The notes below the pieces were generated by a model. The model was not told where the DNA came from. It was given only the letters and a program-made list of their open reading frames with translations, and did no database searches. A DNA stretch of 64,000 nt from Heteronotia binoei (lineage: Eukaryota): assembly GCF_032191835.1 (NCBI RefSeq), contig NC_083236.1:24986001-25050000 (forward strand), read 5' to 3'. Position 1 is the stretch's first letter, and every line of letters starts with the position of its first letter. Of the stretch, positions 26,257-36,840 are shown piece after piece. Made by a program: the position numbers and the translations under genes.

Positions 26257-26651
26257 CAACATTCCCTCTAAGCTAAGTTAGTGTGAGGTAGCTCACAGAT
26301 TTTTAGCCTCCAGCTCACACATTTTTATCTTAGCTCAAGAAGGATGACCCCAAAGCACAATAATTTATACAGTATAATTTCACAGATTTAATGCCAGTAG
26401 CTCACAACTTTAATACCAGTTGCCAGGGGTCATTTTGTAGAAAAATAGGTGGTGGAGCTCATCCAGGGATTGTTACGCAGCTGCACATTCTATTCAATGG
26501 ACAAGGAGGTGGAACTCCCAGGAGGAGGTGGAACTCTCAGAAAGGTTCAGGAGCTGCACTCCTGTGAGCTCCCACTGAATCTGAGGCCTGCCAGTTGCTC
26601 ATAAAGTAGAACTTTTGCTCACAAGACTCTGCAAGCTTAGAGGGAACATTG
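26257..26651. mobile_element. hAT-like MITE (outer element)
   Basis: TIR CAACATTCCCTCTAAGCT/AGCTTAGAGGGAACATTG; perfect 8-bp TSD GCTGGCAC. Confidence 0.88.
26424..26590. mobile_element. hAT-like MITE nested in 26257-26651
   Basis: CAGGGG...GGCCTG ends; perfect TSD CCAGTTGC; related copies at ~25730-26130 and 59854-60021. Confidence 0.88.
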
Positions 26652-27334
26652 GCTGGCACTACCATTAGGCAGACTGAGATAGCTCCAGGTGGGCAGCTGA
26701 GTTGGTCTGAAGCAGTAGAAATTTGCTCCACAGACTGAGATAGCTAAGACATTTTATAGCCTATTAAAAATGGCAAAATCTGAGTGACAATTAATAATGT
26801 CACCTACTATACACTGTGGAGTAAAGAATTCCATGTTCTAACCCAGTCTGGGTGAGTTAACAGTTTGGGAAATTCCAGTATGGGAAATTCCTGGATATTT
26901 AGGGGAGAAGCCTGGGTAGGGTTGGGTACAATGCCTTAGAGTCCACCCTCCAAAACAGTCATTTTCTCTAGGGGAACCGATTTTTGGAGTTCAGTTGTAG
27001 TTCCAGAGATCTCTGGCCCCACCTGGATGTTGGGAACCCTAACAGGCTGGCTGTGGATCTGATGACGTCCTGTTTCAAACATGCTAGCCTTTTGAAGTGA
27101 GACTGGTATATAAGACCTTGGAGAACCTCTGCCAGTCAAGAGTAGACAGTATTGATCTGAATGGACTGATTCTCTAGAAGGAAGCTTGGGAGATAACAAT
27201 GTTTATCTTTCTCATTTCTGCTACTTTTGTTTGTTTGTTTTAAAAAACCCTGCAAAAAATCTGGGTCTCCATGTCATTGGAGATTGTAATACCTGGACAG
27301 GAAAATCCAGAAAGATTACAGGAGTGCAATAGAG

Positions 27335-27560
27335 CCAGTATGGCATAGTGGTTACAGCGTTAGGACAAGGGACTGGGCAACCCAGGTTCAAATCCCCACG
27401 CTGCCATGGAAGCTCAGTGGGTGACCATGGGCCAGGCTCACACACTCAGCCTAACCTACTTCACAGGGTTGTTGTGAAAATAAAATGGAAAAGAATGACG
27501 TAATGCCTTGGGTCCCCATTGGAGAGAATGCCTTGGGTCCACACTGGAGAGAAAGGTGTG
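27335..27560 (+). mobile_element. MIR/Squam3-like SINE
   Basis: GAGCCAGTATGGCATAGTGGTTA head, GTTCAAATCCCC B-box, MIR-like core. Confidence 0.7.
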
Positions 27561-30500
27561 TATCAATCAATCAATGTTCAGTGATTCAGCTTGGGCTCCC
27601 GGTTTTCTTGGTGGCCATTCCTGTGCTTTGAAACCAGCTTCCTGAGGAAATAAGAAAGGCCTCTCAACTGTACAGAAGTCTGGAGGGTCTGTAAAGTGAA
27701 GCTTTCCGAATGTGCTTTGAGTAGAGGTTATGGTCTGCTTCTTTTTACTTGTGTTTCTGTGAATTGAGACATTGGTTGGTCTTAAGGAATGTCAGCTGCT
27801 TTGAGAAAATCAGGAAACAAATATGATAGAACAAGACTGCCAGCTCTGGGTTGGGAAATACTTGGAGATTTTGGGGGGTGGGGCCTGAGAAGGGTGGGGA
27901 ACAGGGAGGGGAAGGACTCTTCAGTGCTATAATGCCACTTCCACAGTAGCCATTTGGGAGATAACAGTGTTTGTCTTTCTCATTTCTGCTACTTTTATTT
28001 TTTTAACTGTAAAATCTGAATCCATGTGTCATTGTCTAGCTAGCTAGCAAGCTAGCTGGACAGAAAGAAGGATGATGATGATGGTGATGATGATGGATTA
28101 GATTAGATTGATGGACAGACAGACAGACTGATTAAAATATGTGTTGCTCCAAGAATAGGACATTGGCTTTTTGTTTTGTTTTTGAATTTTAGTCTCAGGC
28201 TGGATCCACATCCTGCCAGATATGGTGTTCTAGCTTTGCTATCATAATCACTCACCTCCTGCTGGTTTTGTAAACATGCAGGAAAATCCAGGATGTAAAT
28301 GGTTATTTACACCGACATCCAGTGATGAGTAGATTCAGCCTCTTTGATACCTGGATATTTTACATACATTCAAATTCTGCTTAATTTCTTTCAGCGACTT
28401 TATCACCAAAAGCCACCTCAAGCATCTGATTGGGTCAAAAGGGCACAGAGCATGTGACTTTTTTAAAAAACTAACCAGCTCAATAGTTGGAAATTATGAA
28501 TATACTTAGGGGAATTGTACATGACAATAATTGAAACATGCTAGTTGGAGATGTGGGCAATAGGGTAACTGGGGGCACAACTATGCTTGTCCGAGAGGCT
28601 TACAGCCAGACCAAAGCTAAGAAGGTTGAGTTATTTCCAGCTATGGCACGAAGCTTAAATCTGAGGCAGTGGAGAAGGAGGAGGAGGACAGGGAGCCGGT
28701 GGAGGAATTCAAAGAGCGAGAACGACATGACCATAGCCGGAGGCAAGAAAAATGATCTCAGTTTACAACAGCATTTGTCTGGACGGAAGGGGAGGCAATG
28801 TGGGTGCATGGAAGCTGTTAGAGTAATAAGAGGCAGCTTTCAGACAAACGCTACACCAGACGCAACTTCTCTCCTGCTGCACGGCACTCACCCACTCCAC
28901 GTTCAGAGGACGGGCAGCAATAAAACATTAAGAAACAATAAAACAGCAATGGTGTTTCAAGGCAGGGAGAGTGGTTGGGGGGTATGCCACAAGCCTCATC
29001 AGCCCCAGTCTTAACAATACATGGCATTCTCTAGGCGCAGGGTGGGGGGGCGAGGAGACACCCAATAGTACACAGTTTAATTTATAGATGGCAATAAACT
29101 GGGACCAGTTACAAACAATGGGGCCTTAATAATTAGAACAACAAGATAGAAAGATCAAGGAAGGTTAAAAAAATATGGGCAACATTTGAACCAGTTCGGG
29201 CTGGAAAATTCCAAGAACATACATCTGGGGGGAATTAATGTGAAACACAAGTATTAAATAAGCAGGAGAAATCTGGGATTCGGTGCAGAAAGAAAGAGAG
29301 AGCTGGGGCAGGATTCTGGAAAAGGAATATCGGAAATACATTTGCAAGGTGAAAGTGGCAGGATAAAGGAATTGAGGCCCAAAGTACACATTTCATTAAA
29401 TATGCAGCTGTTGCAAAAGTGGAAGCCTTTATGTCTAGCTCTTCCCTCCCCCTCGACCACGAGCAGAACTTATCCATGTGCTGACATCACTTTGCCACCT
29501 ACCTTCAATGTCAGCAGCAGGTGATAAAAGAGTAGGCCAAGGAAACCCAAAAGCTGTGATAAGTGCTCCTGATGATATTCTACTACATATTATTTAGGGC
29601 AGACGAAGCTAAGATTCAGGGCGACCAAAATTTGCAAGTCCTTCCTAAGTCCTACCTAATGGTTCTCAGTCCATTAACGGTTTGTCCCTTAATGGGCTCA
29701 ATCCATATGAGAACTCTCTCTTGCGCTTATCCTGAAGTCACTGCCCTCTTATGCTACTCTTATGCTACTCCCATTCATTTCAATGGAGGTTCCTCAGGAG
29801 ACCTCTTCAGCAGGATTGTACCTGATAAAACTTTGGGTGAGAAGAAAACAGAGAGGGGCAATTTTGAATGTTATCCTTAAATACCAAGCTTAACACATTT
29901 AGACAAATGGGAAAGGATTTCTTAGCAAAAGCAGACAGGGAGACGATGAGAGTGAGAGGAATGACTTATAAGGAAAAACTAAATGTGTACTGAATCACTT
30001 GGCCAAAAAATGCCTAAACATGGTTAATGAAGAAGGAGAATGTTTAGGAAGCCACAAATGCCAAACCAGAACAGGAGTCATTTTCTGCTATACTAAGGAT
30101 AACATGCAAGCTTCAAGAGGAAAATGGTAGTAAAAAAAGCCAACATAGCTGTTAACAAAATGGGATTTCTTTTGACATGAGATGGAAGATCTCACCACTG
30201 AAAACTTATATAATTGCTGACAAAATTCCTATTCCAAAATAAGGAGCATATTTAGAAATACCCATGTATGCACTCTTCTATCAAAGGTGCTAACTCCAAG
30301 CGCATATCGTGTTCTACTGGTCTAATACCTTTTTATCCTGCCCTTCTTCGTGTTATCCCTATAACAGCCTTGTGGAACAGATCAGGCTGAAAGGAGAGAC
30401 TGGTCCTAGGTCACCCAGTGAACTTCATTGTTGAGTGCAGATTCTTTCAAGGCTCCATTTTAGTTCACATTTCTCTCCTCCCTCCATTTTGACATAGCAC

Positions 30501-33451
30501 CAGCTTCCTTTTTTTAGCCATTTCTACTCTGAAAGACCTAGAGCTTGCAGAAGGCCAGTTATCAGGCTATTGGACAGTTAAGCAAGGCTTCTCAAGCGAT
30601 CAATTAATATATTGTTAGCCATGAAAGAATCCTGCCACATTAACATTTCTCAGAAACAAATCAGTGTAATTGGCTGTAGTGTAATTTCCAGTGCTTGAAT
30701 TGGCCACAGTTCAATGAGGAAAGCACCTCTCCTTGTTTGAAGCCCTCTCATCTTTTACCTTCTTTTTGGGGGGGGGGGGAGGGGTATTCTCAGGACCCCA
30801 GAATGATTTCCTCCTCCACTTTGGCCAATCAGATGGTACTTCTGAATGCCAACTTTCTTTCCTCCCTCATTTCCAACTCTGGAAAGAAAAATGGGTTGTT
30901 CTTTATGCAAGGTTCTTCTTCTATAACAGGAACTAGACTCTTCCCCAACCTGTGCTCAGTCTTGCAGCCATGGAGCAACCCATCAAACACATGTATGTAT
31001 CTTTGCTGCTCTTCCCATTTGGATTATTTGCTGCCTGACCACTGAAATACCTGTCCTGGGTCCAGATGAGAGGCTCTGACATTGCCTCTGATTGCAACCA
31101 TGCCCATAACTTCCAATTGAACTCCATTTTCTTTCTCTACATTCCTGGGATTTTTCATCAAACATAAACCTCCAAATTCATCTTGAATTTCTGCTACAGT
31201 AACTGATGGAAATAGGTGCTTAGACAACATGTTGCATGACATCATTGTTGCTTTTGGCTCTAAAAAGTTACCTCGAAATTTCTTGTTTCTCTACAGCAGA
31301 AATGTCCAGATTCACCTCTGTATTTCACTTCAGGATAAATTTGCTGACACAACCCAGAGCCCATAGAAAAAGTCTAAGCAGATACAGAGAAGCTAGGTGA
31401 GATGCTGGTAATGTTTTCAGTTCAACTTTCAACAGTATTCTCATTGTAGGCTAATACCACCTGCAAAATCTGTTAAGGTAATAAGACCCATTCTCCTCTA
31501 TTTTGCATAAGACTGGTCGCCACCCCCCAGAATTTGTCACATAGCCAGTGGATTTTGGCTCCATTTGGCTTTTGCATCTTTGCTGCTGGCCCTACAGATC
31601 AGCCACTTTGACGCTTTCCTTAGTTAATCAATTACAGTCAATCTCCAACATCACTAGTGTAAGGATTACTATATTTTTCCATTGCTCTAAACCTCTTAAG
31701 GGACTGGGTGGTCCATTTGGCATGGAAAAGAACTCTGTTCAATTGTTGGTTGTTTATATTTTCAACTGAACAGCCTCCATTTTCTCCTTCTTTTCTGGAA
31801 TGCCAAAGGTGCTCTCTGATACCAGCCCCACCCCATGGCCATTTAAGTCGGCCAAACAACCTACACAGGATGCTGATAAAGGAGCCTTCAGAGCATGGAC
31901 TGAACTTTTTTCTCCCTTTTTTTACATCCAGCCTGATAAGGAGTTCTGGAGGGCCCAAAAATTTGTGCACTGTTTCTTTTTATTTTGTTTGGTCTTCATG
32001 AAAGGTATTACACATCTTTTATAGAAAGAGTTACAAGATATGAAGGCACTCATCATTTGCATATCATTCCATTCACTATCTCTAGCCAAAAGTGTTTTGA
32101 AGTTACTAGAAGCTCTAAACAAAACCTGCCAAACCTGTTTGATCGTTGCCAGTAGCAGGAAGAGTGAGAGCTATGACTCATTCCACCTTCAGATCTTGGT
32201 ATCTCTAGTCTAAGAAAACAAAGGTTGATAGTAACTGAGAGTATATTCCCAAAACATTGTCAATCCCAAATCTAAACAGCAATAAAACCTTGCTAATTTC
32301 CCAGGTTCAATTAATGCTGTTGCATCATCAATCCTTACTGATGAAGGATTAGATGCCCAATGAAGGTTGGCCTAGATGCTGAACTCATAAATGTCAACAC
32401 CCAGACACACCCAACTGCTGCCACGAACTGGAGAGCAAGGAGAAGGGGTTACTAGGTAGGCCACAAAAGTGTATAAGAAAGCTGGGGGTGAGGGGTGAAA
32501 CAGGAAGGCAAAGGAATCTAAGATCTATGGGAAGACTCCTTTGAAAATAGGGTTACCAACTCTGGGCGGGGAAAGACCTGGAGATTTGGGAGATGGCAGT
32601 CTGGGAAGGGTTTGGGGAGGGGAGGGAACTTCAATGCCATAGAGTCCACCTTCCAAAGTAGCCATTTTCTCCAGGTGAACTGGCAATCAGCTGTAATTCC
32701 AGGAGATCTCCAGCTACCACCTGGAAATTGGCAACTCTATTTGAAAAGGAAAGGGCTCCAGAAAAGGGTAGCAGAAAGGAGAAGAGGAAAATCCTCACAT
32801 GGCCAGTGGAGGTATATTGCCGAGGCAGAAGAGAGTTGGAATGTGCTGGATATTGAAATAACCAAGCAAATAGCAAGGTTGACTTACTAGCCAAACCATA
32901 ATTTGTGGTTGCCTTGACTCCTCCCTTGGCCTCTGCAGATGTCAGAAAACTTGTGAGAAGAAAGGCGGAGAAAGCAGAGTGTCTCTCATGCTGCTTCTGC
33001 CAGCTCCAAGGCTCAGCACTATAACAGGAACCGTTCCTTTCCCCCAGCACACACACACTCACACTCACATATACCTCTTGATTAAAAAAAATGGGTTTGG
33101 TCACCACAGTTGTACACAAAAACACACATTAACCCCCCTTTCTTGGAACCATACTCATCTGTGGCTTGCAGAAATTATTCCAAAAATTGTTTCTTTGGAT
33201 TAAGAAACAACCTAGCCTTTTCAACCCATGTTGAAAAGTTCAGATTATAGTCCCGTGTGCTGTTTTGTCATAGACCCACTAAACTGTGTACCAATTTGCA
33301 CTTTTTCATCTAAATCAAAATGCTGCTTTGCAAATGGAGAGAAAAATTATTGGAAGGGTTACACATAAGGGTGGGGGGAGGAATTAAGAGACAGTCCAGA
33401 ATAACAGTAATAATAATTCACATTTTTAAACTAAATATATATTTTAAAAAC

Positions 33452-33938
33452 TTGACCTGGATGGTGCAGGTTAGAGCCAGTTTGGTGTAGTGGTTTAGTG
33501 TGCAGACTCTTATCTGGGAGAACCGGGTTTGATTCCCCACTCCTCCACTTGCACCTGCTAACATGGCCTTGGGTCAGCCATAGCTCTGGCTGGAGTTGTC
33601 CTTGAAAGGGCAGCTGCTGTGAGAGCCCTCTCCAGCCCCACCCACCTCACAGGGTGTCTGTTGTGGGGGAGGAAGGTAAAGGAGATTGTGAGCCGCTCTG
33701 AGGCTCTTCGGAGTGAAGGGCAGGATATAAATCCAATATCTTCTTCTTCTTCTGATCTCATCAGATCTTGGAAGCTAGGCAGGGTCAGCCCTGGTTAGCA
33801 CTTGGATGGGAGACCACCAAGGAAGTCCAAGGTTGCTATGCAGAGGCAGGCAATGGCAAACCACCTCTGTTCATCACTTGCCTTGAAAACCCCATAAGGG
33901 GGTCACCATAAATGAGTTGCAACTTGACAGCACTTTAC
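33452..33938 (+). mobile_element. 5S-derived SINE interrupted by a Squam3-like SINE
   Basis: CTTGACCTGGATGG..CAGGTT [insert] TGATCTCATCAGATCTTGGAAGCTAGGCAGGGTC...GGCAATGGCAAACC. Confidence 0.8.
33474..33752 (+). mobile_element. Young Squam3-like SINE (gecko-type)
   Basis: AGAGCCAGTTTGGTGTAGTGGTT head to (TCT)n tail; closely similar to 60093-60367. Confidence 0.85.
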
Positions 33939-34032
33939 AGAGAAACAGTTTCAAATTCTACCTCAGCATCTCCAATTAAGAGTATCAGGTAGGAGGTAAT
34001 GTGAAAAACTTCTACCCGAGATCCTAAAAGTC

Positions 34033-34125
34033 ATAGGATCATAGAAGAATCATAGAGTTGGAAGGGATCTCCAGGGTCATCTAGTCCAACCCCCTGCACA
34101 ATGCAGGAAATTCACAAATACCACC
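34033..34125 (-). mobile_element. CR1 3' terminus
   Basis: TCATAG(A/G)ATCATAGAGTTGGAAGGGA, the reverse complement of a typical CR1 tail. Confidence 0.75.
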
Positions 34126-34169
34126 TCCTAAGGTCCTTTAATGTCCAATTGAATCATGTCCCTCAACCT

Positions 34170-34375
34170 AGGTGACCCAGGTTAATTCAAGCTGGTCAGA
34201 TCTCAGAAACTAAGCAGGGTTGGTCCTGGTTAGTATTTAGATGGGAGACCACCAAGGAAGTCCAGGGTCACAATGCAAAGGCAAGCAGTGGCAAACAACC
34301 TCTGTTCATCTCTGGCCTTGAAAACCCTATGGGATACCATAAGTTAGGGGTGACTGATAGCACTTTTCACCACAC
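34170..34375 (+). mobile_element. 5S-derived SINE
   Basis: Same family as 7667 and 33452. Confidence 0.75.
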
Positions 34376-34978
34376 ACCTAAAACACTATGTCCACATTCC
34401 ATATGTACTACATATGTATCCGGTATGACTCTGGATCAGGTTGATTATCCTCATATCACTGCTGGAGGGGGCTATCTTGCCTACAGGGATTAAATTGTCA
34501 GGGTTCCCTATCCTTCCTCATGTTTCACTGTTATGCACCACTCTTAGAAGTACTTTCCGTTGGGCTGCTGTTGAAGACAATCCAGAAACTGCAGCTGGTT
34601 CAGAATGTTGCAGCCCAATTATTGTCAGGGATAAGCTGACAGGAACACATCTGGCCTATTTTGAAATAGCTACATTGGCTGCCAGTTTGTTTCCAAGCGT
34701 AATTCAAGGTGCTAGTTATAACCTTTAACACCTTCTATGGCCTAGGACCCACATAACTGAAGGACCATCTCTTCTCATATGTCCCCATGTGCCAGCTGCA
34801 ATACTCAGGTTGACTCCTGCTACTTCTAGCTGTAAGCTAGGGTAGCCTTCCTGGTCTCAGCCAAAGCCCATACCATTTTTACCATAGGCCCACTCAAGCG
34901 AAAGCTGCTCCTTGAGGACATGAGGGGACTGCTCTCTCTAGCTAGAGTCACTGTAAGGCCTGCCAGGGCTTTTAATGA

Positions 34979-35980
34979 GGTAAGGTAAGGTAAAATTTTA
35001 TTTGTATCCTGCCCTCCCCCGCCAAAGCGGGCTCAGGTATAGGTAAGGTAAGGTAAAGGTAAAATTTTATTTGTATCCCGCCCTTCCCCGCCGAAGCAGG
35101 CTCAGGGCGGCTAACAACATTTAAAAGTGAACAATACAATAATAAGACATTAAAATCACATTAAAACCAATCAATAATTAATTAAAACATTTCTAAATCT
35201 AACACTATTAAGTCTGGCAGTAAACATTATTGTTTGACGCTATGTCTGTCAGATGGTGTAGTGGTGGTGGATCCCTAGACCAGACCATTTTGGCGTTTCC
35301 TTTGCTGTGCACCCATAATTCAGTCATTGATAAACGCCTGTTTAAAGAGGGTAGTCTTGCAGGCCCTGCGGAACTGGTCTAAGTTCCGCAGGGCCCATAC
35401 TTCCTCTGGGAGCTGATTCCAGAGGTGTGGGGCCGCGGCGGAAAAGGCCCGGGTGCGGGTGTTTTGAAGTTTAACTTCTTTTGGCCCAGGGATAGTCAGT
35501 CTGTTTTTTCCTACTGACCTCAGTGCTCTCTGGGGCTCATATGGGGAGAGACGGTCCCTCAGGTAAGTCGGTCCTTGGCCATATAGGGCTTTAAAGGTAA
35601 TGACCAGCACTTTGTACTGGATCCGGTATACAATCGGCAGCCAGTGCAGTCCGCGCAACCCCGGCCGTATATGCTCCCATCTTGGGAGACCAAGTAGCAG
35701 CCTGGCCGCCGCATTCTGCACTAGCTGTAACTTCCGGGTCCGGCACAGAGGCAGCCCCATGTAGAGAGCGTTACAGTAGTCCAGTCTTGAGGTGACCGTC
35801 GCATGGATCACCATTGCTAGGTCCTGACGCTCTAGGAAAGGAGCCAACTGCCTCGCCCGCCTCAGATGGAAAAATGCTGACTTGGCAGTGGCTGTTATCT
35901 GGGCCTCCATTGATAGTGAAGGCTCCAGTAAAACACCCAGGCTCTTTACCCGCTGCGCCGGTAGATTGGAGCTACCTTTT
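34979..35980 (-). mobile_element. L2 LINE, 5'-truncated, young
   Basis: Uninterrupted ORF 35320-35910 (MEAQI...[15 protein letters not shown]...LHWLP...); (TTACC)n tail, duplicated. Confidence 0.92.
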
Positions 35981-36324
35981 TCGGGGGGGGGGGAGGGGGG
36001 AGAGCCGGGGGAGGTTATTCAAGGTTTTATTTTATAGTATATTTTAATTTTTGACTTGAAAGCCATTTGCAGCCATAAGGAAAGAAGGGGTATATATATT
36101 TAAATAAATCAATACAATGGAGAAATGGGGCAGGCATTTTTTCAGAGCTTTTTTTTTTTTCCTAAAGAAATTTGAAGGAGGGACTATTAAAAAAAAAACC
36201 CTTATGAAATATTTTTTCAAATAAAAAAAAAATGCTTTTCAAGACCAGCTTCCAAATTATTGTATTAGCTGACCTTCTTCGAAATGCTGTTAACTGTAAT
36301 AACTATTGTAAAGTAATAATCATT

Positions 36325-36510
36325 AAATGCTGCCAAGTTGCAAGCGATGTATGGCGACCCCTCATGGGGTTTTCAGGGCAAGAGACATTCCCCTGGTTGG
36401 GGTCACTGCCTTCCTCTGCATAGCAACCCTGGGCTTCCTTGATGGTCTCCCATCTAATTACTAACCATGGCTGACCCTGCTTAGCTTCCAAATTGTGAGA
36501 AGCTCAGGCT
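36325..36510 (-). mobile_element. 5S-derived SINE
   Basis: Reverse complement of the family at 33452. Confidence 0.7.
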
Positions 36511-36523
36511 CCCTGGTCTAGAC

Positions 36524-36840
36524 CAGGGGTCCTCAAATGCTGAGGACGTTTATGCGGCCCGCCGGGTTATGGCAAAATCAGACCGGAAGTGACGTTCGAC
36601 CTAAACTCGCGTTAGCAACGCACGCTTCCGGCACTGGGCTGAGGCGGCGGAGACAGAGTGTGAGGTGATACCGAGGTGAGGTGAGTTCCCAGGCCGGGGT
36701 GTGTGGTGTGGGGAAGGGAGAGAGATGCAGAAGACGGAGAACTGACGACCCGCGGCCTTGTACAGTAACGGCAGTCCAGCCCTCCAACAGTCTGAGGGAC
36801 AGTGAACTGGCTCCCTATTTAAAAAGTTTGAGGACCCCTG
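36524..36840. mobile_element. hAT MITE, copy 2 (opposite orientation to 6429-6771)
   Basis: CAGGGGTCCTCAAA/TTTGAGGACCCCTG; perfect TSD GTCTAGAC; internal deletion of about 27 bp near the left end. Confidence 0.93.

Noticed and set aside
33753-33830. 5S rRNA gene
   Set aside because: Partial and diverged, fused to an RTE-type tail, and dispersed in about six copies, so a SINE head.
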